Origin: Candidatus Omnitrophota bacterium
Lineage (GTDB): Bacteria > Omnitrophota > Gorgyraeia > DTHP01
Length of the DNA stretch: 64,000 nt
Direction: 5' to 3'
Assembly (NCBI GenBank): GCA_023819145.1
Contig: JAMWCW010000003.1
Coordinates: 4,321-68,320 of the forward strand
In this document: positions 57,776 to 64,000 of the stretch, piece after piece
Layout: every line of letters begins with the position of its first letter
How positions within the stretch are numbered: the stretch's first letter is position 1
Made by a program: the position numbers and the translations under genes
The notes under the pieces: model-generated
What the model saw: the letters and a program-made list of their open reading frames with translations, nothing else
Database searches by the model: none
What the model was told of the DNA's origin: nothing

Positions 57776-58729
57776 ATGGTTAAGAAAATTTTATGGTTTA
57801 TGGTTATTTCTCTCTTCTTTATTAATCAAGGTGTTCAAGCATACTGGATTTGGACACCTAAAACCGGAAAGTGGGTTAATCCGAAATATGCGGTAAAAGA
57901 CTCTCCCCAGGAACAATTAGAGTGGGCAATGAATTTATATATGAATAAGAATTACGAAGGGGCTATTGGCGAGTTTAAAAAATTAATCAAATATTATCCC
58001 AATTCTCCTCAAGCCTGTGATGCCCAGTATTTTATTGGTAAAGGGTATGAGGAGCTGGGTAAGTTTTACGAAGCTTTTAAGGCTTATCAAAAGGTAATTG
58101 ATACCTATCCGTATACACAAAAGGTAGAAGAAGTTATTGAGCGAGAGTATCGTATAGGAGACCTTTATTTCACTGGGCATCGAGATAAAATCTTAGGGAT
58201 GGGAATAGCTTCTCCGCTGGAACGTGCTCTGGAGATATTCCAAAAGGTAGTAGATAATGCCCCCTATGGCCAATATGCACCCCCCAGTCAGTATAAAATA
58301 GGTATCATTTTGGGGAAATTGGGGAGGAATGAAGAGGCAAAGCAGGCATTCTTGAAGCTGGAGAAAAACTATCCAGATTCAGAATTTGCCAAGGAGGCAA
58401 AATACCAGATCGGTCTTTTGGGCTATAAAGCTTCTCCCAAGTCTTTTTACTCCCAGGAAGAAACGGAGACTTCCATTAAAGAGGTAGAGGAATTCTTGCG
58501 CACCAATCCTTCCTCTTCCCTTAAAGACGATGCCCAGAAAATTCTGGGTGATTTAAGGAATAAGAAGGCAGAAAGCCTTTTTAAGACCGCGCAATTCTAT
58601 GAACGTCAGAAGTATTTTGATTCCGCAGTGTTATACTACGATGATATTGTTAATAATTATGCAGACACAGAATGGGCAGCTAAGTCATTGGAGCGTATTT
58701 CTATTATTAAAGAAAAGAGAAATAAATGA
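57776..58729 (+). CDS. TPR-repeat outer-membrane assembly protein, BamD/YfiO-like
   Basis: ATG at 57776 with AAAGGAG RBS; signal peptide; TPR pairs; promoter-like TTGACA at 57721. Confidence 0.55.
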   Translation: MVKKILWFMVISLFFINQGVQAYWIWTPKTGKWVNPKYAVKDSPQEQLEWAMNLYMNKNYEGAIGEFKKLIKYYPNSPQACDAQYFIGKGYEELGKFYEAFKAYQKVIDTYPYTQKVEEVIEREYRIGDLYFTGHRDKILGMGIASPLERALEIFQKVVDNAPYGQYAPPSQYKIGIILGKLGRNEEAKQAFLKLEKNYPDSEFAKEAKYQIGLLGYKASPKSFYSQEETETSIKEVEEFLRTNPSSSLKDDAQKILGDLRNKKAESLFKTAQFYERQKYFDSAVLYYDDIVNNYADTEWAAKSLERISIIKEKRNK

Positions 58730-59283
58730 ACAAAGATTTCAAACATTGTATTACAGAGGTTTTTCTATTCGTTGGAATTTACTGTTTACTGGTTACGGGA
58801 TTTAGTGGCTGTGGTTACACCACCCGTTCTGTTTTACCCTCTTCTTTTAAAACTATCTACATCCCTACTTTTGTAAATAGCATAAGATTTGACGACACTG
58901 GTTCAGAATATCGGACATACTACCCTGGTTTAGAAATAAAAATCACCAATGCAGTGGTAGACCGTTTCGTTTATGATGGTAATCTTCGTGTTGTCAGAGA
59001 AGAAAATGCAGATTTGAAATTAGAAGGGGATTTGGTAGATTATCTTAAACAGCCCTTGCGATATTCAGAGTCTGATGAAATTGAAGAATACAGAATCTCT
59101 CTTGTTGTAAATTTGGTTTTAAAAGATAGAGAAGGTAACATTGTTTGGGAAGAGAAAAATTTTATGGGAGATACGACCTATCGTCTTTCCGGTTCCTTAG
59201 CGAAGACTGAACAAGAAGCCTTGGGGGATGCTGCGGAAGATTTAGCGCGTCGAATAGTTAACCGGACCATAGAGCATTGGTAA
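58726..59283 (+). CDS. lptE: LPS-assembly lipoprotein LptE-like
   Basis: 185 aa; lipobox FSGC; conserved position directly upstream of holA. Confidence 0.6.
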   Translation: MNKDFKHCITEVFLFVGIYCLLVTGFSGCGYTTRSVLPSSFKTIYIPTFVNSIRFDDTGSEYRTYYPGLEIKITNAVVDRFVYDGNLRVVREENADLKLEGDLVDYLKQPLRYSESDEIEEYRISLVVNLVLKDREGNIVWEEKNFMGDTTYRLSGSLAKTEQEALGDAAEDLARRIVNRTIEHW

Positions 59284-59326
59284 AATCCTTTCTTTCTAAT
59301 CCTTTCGTACGACTTGCTAAGATAAA

Positions 59327-60283
59327 ATGGGGAGAGTTTTTCTCTATTTAGGGGAAGAAGATTTTCTTAAAAGAGAGGCTTTAATAAAATTAAGAGATTC
59401 TTATGGAGAGAAAACTGCTTATTTTTCATTTTGTCCAGAGGATGATGGTTTTAGGATGGAAGAAGTCATACGTTTAGCAAGGACCAATAATCTTTTTTCC
59501 CCCCACCAGATAATCGTGATAAAAGACATTGATAAGGTTTCACCATCAGATAAAGAGGTTCTTCTTTCTTATATAAAAAATCCCACCCATTATACCGATT
59601 TAGTTTTACTTACAAGATTGAAGATTAAAAAGTTGGATAATGAGGATAATCTCTGGATAAAAAAACTCTGTAATGAGCCAGGTGTAAAATTTAGAGAATT
59701 TTCTCCCCTTTCCGAAGAAGAACTTCGAAATTGGATAGTTGCTGAGGTTGATAAATGCGGTAAGAAAATTTCTCCTCCCGCTTTAGCTCTTTTGTTTAAC
59801 AAATTAGGCAATAATACCTTTCTTATCTCTCAGGCGATAGAGAAGGCTATTCTTTATATCAAGGATAAGAAAACAATAGAATGGGGGGATTTGGAACAGA
59901 CGGTCGGCAAGGAAATTTCTCTTGATGTGTACAAAATGCTTGGTGCATTTCTTAATGGAAAGATTTATGAAGGGATGGAGATATTACGGGATATACGGGA
60001 TTTTAATGTGAAACCGGATAAAATATTAGGAATATTAGTAGCAGAATGGAGGAAATTCTATCAGGCAAAGAAACTTCTCCGAAAAGGGCTATTACCTGCC
60101 CAGATTAAAAAAGAACTAAATTTATTTTACGCTGATATTTTCTTCTCTAATTTAAAAAAGATTACGCTAGATAAGATAGAGAAATCTCTGCGCGAGCTTC
60201 TTACTATAGATTACGCGATAAAAACAGGGAAATCAAAACCATTTTTTGCTCTGGAGTTGTGGTTCTTGAAGAATTTTAGTTAG
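59327..60283 (+). CDS. holA: DNA polymerase III delta subunit
   Basis: 318 aa; AAA+ clamp-loader delta-like layout; lptE-holA linkage. Confidence 0.8.
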   Translation: MGRVFLYLGEEDFLKREALIKLRDSYGEKTAYFSFCPEDDGFRMEEVIRLARTNNLFSPHQIIVIKDIDKVSPSDKEVLLSYIKNPTHYTDLVLLTRLKIKKLDNEDNLWIKKLCNEPGVKFREFSPLSEEELRNWIVAEVDKCGKKISPPALALLFNKLGNNTFLISQAIEKAILYIKDKKTIEWGDLEQTVGKEISLDVYKMLGAFLNGKIYEGMEILRDIRDFNVKPDKILGILVAEWRKFYQAKKLLRKGLLPAQIKKELNLFYADIFFSNLKKITLDKIEKSLRELLTIDYAIKTGKSKPFFALELWFLKNFS

Positions 60284-60560
60284 TTTTGTCTTTAGGCGAT
60301 ATTGCCTGGTTGAGTTTTTTATAAAGGCGAGAAATCTTGCGGCGAGCATTGTTTTTGTGGATGATGCCCTTTGTTTTTGCTTTACTGATTTTTGAAATAA
60401 GGAATTGAAGATATTTCTTTGCTTCCTCGGTTTTCTGTTCAGCAAGTAAGACGTTGAACTTTTTTATATAGGTTTTAAGGGCTGATTTTATCTGTTTGTT
60501 TTGCAGAGTTCTTTTTCTGTCTTTTTTTATTTGTTTATAGGCAGAATGGTGCACGGGCAT
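60276..60560 (-). CDS. rpsT: 30S ribosomal protein S20
   Basis: 94 aa basic helical protein; AYKQIKKDRKRTLQNKQIKSALKTYIKK; divergent from murJ. Confidence 0.85.
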   Translation of the reverse strand: MPVHHSAYKQIKKDRKRTLQNKQIKSALKTYIKKFNVLLAEQKTEEAKKYLQFLISKISKAKTKGIIHKNNARRKISRLYKKLNQAISPKDKTN

Positions 60561-60609
60561 AAGTACCTCCTATTTTTTATTTTTAATACTATAACATAAC
60601 TTACCTTTT

Positions 60610-62187
60610 TTGTCAAATATAATTATGGGAGAACTTGGTAAAGTCCATAGGAAATTAGCTAATTCGGCGGTAATAATTGGCATAGGGACAGCTATTAGCC
60701 GTTTCTTGGGTTTGATAAGGGATATAATCATTGCCCGTGTTTTTGGCACCTCAATTTTAGCAGATAGTTTTTTTGTTGCTTTTAGGATACCCAATCTTCT
60801 CCGCGACTTTGTAGGGGAGGGAGCGACCAATTCCGCTTTTGTTCCCGTTTTTAGTGAGTATTTGGTAAGAAAAGAATTTAATGAGTATCAGCGGTTGGTC
60901 AATGCTTTGTTCAAAATTGCTGTATTGATTCTCTTAACAGTAAGTATTCTAGGGATAATTTTTTCTCCGTTTATTGTAAGTATTATTGCCCCTGGTTTTA
61001 AATTAACGCTTAATAAATATCAAATTACTGTAAGCCTTACGAGAATAATTTTCCCTTACATATTTTTTATTGGTCTTACTTCCTTCTTTATGGGGATATT
61101 GCACTCCCATCAGCTTTTTGCCTCCTCTGCGTTCTCCCCTTGTATGTTAAATCTTGCTTTGATTATGGGAGCTGTTTGGTGGGTAAAGTACATTGGCGTT
61201 TATGGTCTTGCTTGGGCAGTAATTTTAGGTGGTATTCTACAGGTTCTAATTCAGATTCCTTCACTTAAAAGGACGAATTTTAAATTTAAATTAAAGGATT
61301 GCTTCAAACACCCCGGCGTAAATAAAATAGGTAAGCTTCTTCTTCCACGGGTCTTAGGTTCAGGTGTCTATCAGATAAATTTATTTGTGGATACTATTTT
61401 GGCTTCACTTTCTAAGATAGTAGGCGAGGGAGGAGTTTCTGCTCTATATTATTCCAACCGACTCGTTCAATTACCTTTAGCCATCTTTGGCATTTCCGTT
61501 GCTCAAGCAGCTCTGCCTACAATGGCGATTGAGTCTCAAGAGAATAATTTTGATAAATTGTCACAGACGATTTTATTCTCCTTGAGGAATGTTTTTTTTA
61601 TTACCCTACCTTCTGCGGTGGGCTTAATAGCACTCTCTGTTCCCATTACCCGCATCCTTTTTCAGCGAGGGGAGTTTGGGATATATTCTACCCAAATTAC
61701 TTCTTCGGCTTTGTTATTTTATTCTTTAGGGCTGTTCGCTTATGTAGGAATAAAAATTCTTGTTTCTGCTTTTTACTCACTCCAGGATACTTTTACGCCG
61801 GTAAAGATTTCCAGCCTTTCCTTACTTATAAATATAATCCTTAATGTTATTTTAATGTTTCCTTTGAAGGTTTCTGGTTTAGCTTTAGCCACTGCCCTTT
61901 CTGCCTCGTTTAATTTTTCTTTGCTTTTTAAACACCTTAGAAAGAGAATTGCGTCTTTAGAAGCAAAAGATTTGTTATTTTCTTCAATGCGCATTCTTCT
62001 TGCATCCCTGTGCATGGGAATAATGGTTAAGATTTCCTTTTATATTCTAAATTATCTTCTGAAAAACGAAATTTTACAAGTTTTGTTAGCAATTGGCATA
62101 GGTATAGTTTTTTATATTGTTTTTTGTTTTATCTTTAGGGTGAGAGAATTGTACCAGGTGAAGAAATGGATATTAGGGAGAAGATAA
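60610..62187 (+). CDS. murJ: lipid II flippase MurJ
   Basis: 525 aa; 14-TM MOP-superfamily protein; N-terminal AVIIGIGTAISRFLGLIRDIIIARVFG. Confidence 0.85.
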   Translation: MSNIIMGELGKVHRKLANSAVIIGIGTAISRFLGLIRDIIIARVFGTSILADSFFVAFRIPNLLRDFVGEGATNSAFVPVFSEYLVRKEFNEYQRLVNALFKIAVLILLTVSILGIIFSPFIVSIIAPGFKLTLNKYQITVSLTRIIFPYIFFIGLTSFFMGILHSHQLFASSAFSPCMLNLALIMGAVWWVKYIGVYGLAWAVILGGILQVLIQIPSLKRTNFKFKLKDCFKHPGVNKIGKLLLPRVLGSGVYQINLFVDTILASLSKIVGEGGVSALYYSNRLVQLPLAIFGISVAQAALPTMAIESQENNFDKLSQTILFSLRNVFFITLPSAVGLIALSVPITRILFQRGEFGIYSTQITSSALLFYSLGLFAYVGIKILVSAFYSLQDTFTPVKISSLSLLINIILNVILMFPLKVSGLALATALSASFNFSLLFKHLRKRIASLEAKDLLFSSMRILLASLCMGIMVKISFYILNYLLKNEILQVLLAIGIGIVFYIVFCFIFRVRELYQVKKWILGRR

Positions 62188-63563
62188 AGAATATTCCCGA
62201 TGCTCCGGGGGTTTATCTTTTTAAAGATAAAGAGGGAAAAGTGATTTACATCGGTAAAGCCTCTTCTTTGCGTAAGCGGGTAATGAGCCATTTTTCTCAG
62301 AAAGATTCTTTAAAAGAAGAAATCTTAAAGCATAAGGTTAGAGATGTAGAATATTTGCCCACCGTTGATGAAGCTTTCGCCTTGCTTTGGGAGGCAGCAT
62401 TGATTAGAGAAAAACAACCTACTTATAATGTTAATTATAGAGATGATAAGAGTTATCCCTTTCTGAAGATTAGCATAGCGGAAAAATTTCCCCGTATTTT
62501 TATCGGGAGGGGCAAGGGAGAAAAAAAGTGGTTGTATTTTGGCCCATATAGCAATGTTAAACTTCTTAGAGAAGCGGTAAAAACAATCCGCAAAATATTC
62601 CCCTTCCGTTCCTGTCGTGTTCTGCCTAAGAAACCCTGCCTCTATTATGCTTTGAGACTCTGTCCTGGACCTTGTGTAGGAAAGGTTAGCGAAGAAGAGT
62701 ATAGAAAAATAATTTCTCAGATAGTTCTTCTGTTAGAAGGAAGACGAGAAGAATTGGAGAAAGAGTTGATAAAAAAGATGCAAGAGAAAGCAGCACTACA
62801 CAATTTTGAAGAGGCAGCCCAAATAAGGGACCAGATTCAAGGTCTTTCCCAGCTGAAAGCCCTACGCCTGGGAACCGAAACTGTTTTAAAAGAGTTGAAA
62901 GATGTTTTGGGACTGAAGCGGTTTCCTTATCGTATTGAAGCCTTTGACCTTTCTCATCTTTCAGGCTCGGAGGCTGTGGGGGCAATGGTGAGTTTTTATA
63001 GAGGAGTTCCGGATAAAAATAATTATCGAAGGTTTAGAATCAAAACCGCACATCCTCAAGACGATTTATCGATGTTAAAAGAAGTTATCTGGCGTCGTTT
63101 TAGAAGACTTAGCGAAGAGAAAAAAGAACTACCGGAATTGGTTATTATTGATGGAGGGAAAACGCATCTGGAAACAGCTTTTAAGGAAATAGAGAAATTA
63201 GGTATAGAAATAGAGCTTATATCTTTAGCCAAGGGTGAAGAATTGATTTATACTTTAAAGAAAAAAGCGCCTTTAATTCTTCCTCGGGATTCAGTTGTTC
63301 TTAGATTTATCCAGCGCATTAGAGATGAAGTCCATCGTTTTGCGATAAATTATCATAAAAGATTGCATCGCAAAAATTTTCTTTTATCAAAACTGGACAG
63401 GATAAAGGGGATAGGTGATAAAAGAAAGAAAGAGTTACTGAAACATTTTGGTTCAGTAGAGATTCTTGAAAAAGCCAATCTGGATGAAGTTGCTAAAGTT
63501 AAAGGAATGAACCGGAAGATAGCCGAAACTTTGCTGAACTCTCTTAAGACTAATGAAAAGTAA
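62166..63563 (+). CDS. uvrC: excinuclease ABC subunit C (compact form)
   Basis: 465 aa; GIY-YIG (GVYLFKDKEGKVIYIGKA), UVR motif (EEAAQIRDQIQGL), C-terminal HhH pair. Confidence 0.8.
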   Translation: MDIREKIKNIPDAPGVYLFKDKEGKVIYIGKASSLRKRVMSHFSQKDSLKEEILKHKVRDVEYLPTVDEAFALLWEAALIREKQPTYNVNYRDDKSYPFLKISIAEKFPRIFIGRGKGEKKWLYFGPYSNVKLLREAVKTIRKIFPFRSCRVLPKKPCLYYALRLCPGPCVGKVSEEEYRKIISQIVLLLEGRREELEKELIKKMQEKAALHNFEEAAQIRDQIQGLSQLKALRLGTETVLKELKDVLGLKRFPYRIEAFDLSHLSGSEAVGAMVSFYRGVPDKNNYRRFRIKTAHPQDDLSMLKEVIWRRFRRLSEEKKELPELVIIDGGKTHLETAFKEIEKLGIEIELISLAKGEELIYTLKKKAPLILPRDSVVLRFIQRIRDEVHRFAINYHKRLHRKNFLLSKLDRIKGIGDKRKKELLKHFGSVEILEKANLDEVAKVKGMNRKIAETLLNSLKTNEK

Positions 63564-63849
63564 GTTAGATAATCATAAGCTAACTCCGTTTCAAAAAGAA
63601 GTTTATAAGGTGGTAAAGAAGATTCCTTTTGGGGAAGTGCGTAGTTATAAATGGGTAGCCGAGAGAATTGGTAAACCGCGGGCCTATCGTGCAGTGGGTC
63701 AGGCTTTAAAAAAGAATCCCTATACCCAAGTAATTCCCTGTCATCGAGTTATCTGTTCCAACGGTTCTTTAGGAGGATATGTAGAGGGATTGAAGAAAAA
63801 ACTCCTTCTTTTAGAAAAAGAAGGAGTTGACATAAAGCAAAGAAAGTAA
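63553..63849 (+). CDS. ogt: methylated-DNA--protein-cysteine methyltransferase, DNA-binding/active-site domain only
   Basis: 98 aa; IPCHRV active-site motif; overlaps uvrC stop. Confidence 0.8.
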   Translation: MKSKLDNHKLTPFQKEVYKVVKKIPFGEVRSYKWVAERIGKPRAYRAVGQALKKNPYTQVIPCHRVICSNGSLGGYVEGLKKKLLLLEKEGVDIKQRK

Positions 63850-63906
63850 TTTCGTTGTTTTTATTGTTTTCTTGTAATAAAATAAAATGGTAAAAAAGGA
63901 GTGGAA

Positions 63907-64000
63907 ATGCGTGAAGAATTAAAGTCACAGTGGAAAGATTTAGAGAAGAAATTGGAAGAACTAAGGGGGTATCTTTGAAGTAGATAAACGTTTTGAAGAG
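63907..64000 (+). CDS. prfB: peptide chain release factor 2, N-terminal fragment with programmed +1 frameshift (continues beyond window)
   Basis: ATG 63907; frame 0 ends LRGYL-TGA at 63976-63978; internal SD AGGGGG (63964-63969) plus CTT TGA site; +1 frame open to window end. Confidence 0.8.
63964..63978 (+). promoter_or_regulatory. prfB +1 ribosomal frameshift site (internal Shine-Dalgarno + CUU UGA)
   Basis: AGGGGGTATCTTTGA, matching the classical autoregulatory prfB frameshift element. Confidence 0.8.

Noticed and set aside
1-64000. CRISPR arrays, transposases, integrases, phage or defence-system genes
   Set aside because: No regularly spaced direct repeats with unique spacers and no recombinase-like or nuclease/ATPase defence-like ORFs were seen. 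The only exact repeats are the coding repeats at 52674/52821 and the hisH heptamer.

Overview
Apparent origin: a low-GC diderm bacterium, inferred from BamA, LpxA/B/C/D/I, LptE and Skp; the class II ribonucleotide reductase, NfnAB-like and KamA genes suggest an anaerobe, possibly an uncultivated lineage. All identifications come from reading the translated ORFs and recalled family motifs; no database search or RNA model was run. The window is densely packed, mostly plus-strand housekeeping genes: pyrD(3' end)-pyrF-pyrE-hisG; split transketolase; ispE-spoVG-tRNA-Gln-glmU-prs-rplY-pth; rpsF-ssb-rpsR-rplI-dnaB; an outer-membrane/lipid A block (bamA-skp-lpxD-lpxC/fabZ-lpxA-lpxI) with lpxB and a Gfo/Idh/MocA oxidoreductase elsewhere on the minus strand; mnmG, birA; nfnAB-like genes next to gdhA; hisH and hisF without hisA; a Pho locus (response regulator, histidine kinase, porin, pstSCAB, arsC-like, phoU); nrdJ; apgM; a DUF4912-like/GH57 pair; lptE-holA; rpsT, murJ, uvrC, an MGMT-domain protein and the 5' end of prfB with its +1 frameshift site. 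The candidates most worth follow-up are: (1) a KamA lysine 2,3-aminomutase immediately downstream of two tandem Ddl-like ATP-grasp ligases, behind a promoter-leader-terminator element and followed by a membrane protein; (2) a GC-richer cassette at about 52.28-53.40 kb with a structured leader, a small signal-peptide ORF and a protein carrying two exact 68-nt direct repeats; (3) a 62-kDa repeat protein with a C-terminal HExxH motif; (4) SpoVG carrying a zinc-ribbon insertion; (5) a heptanucleotide x4 tandem repeat inside hisH with related short insertions in hisF and nfnB. No CRISPR array, transposase, integrase or recognisable defence system was found.
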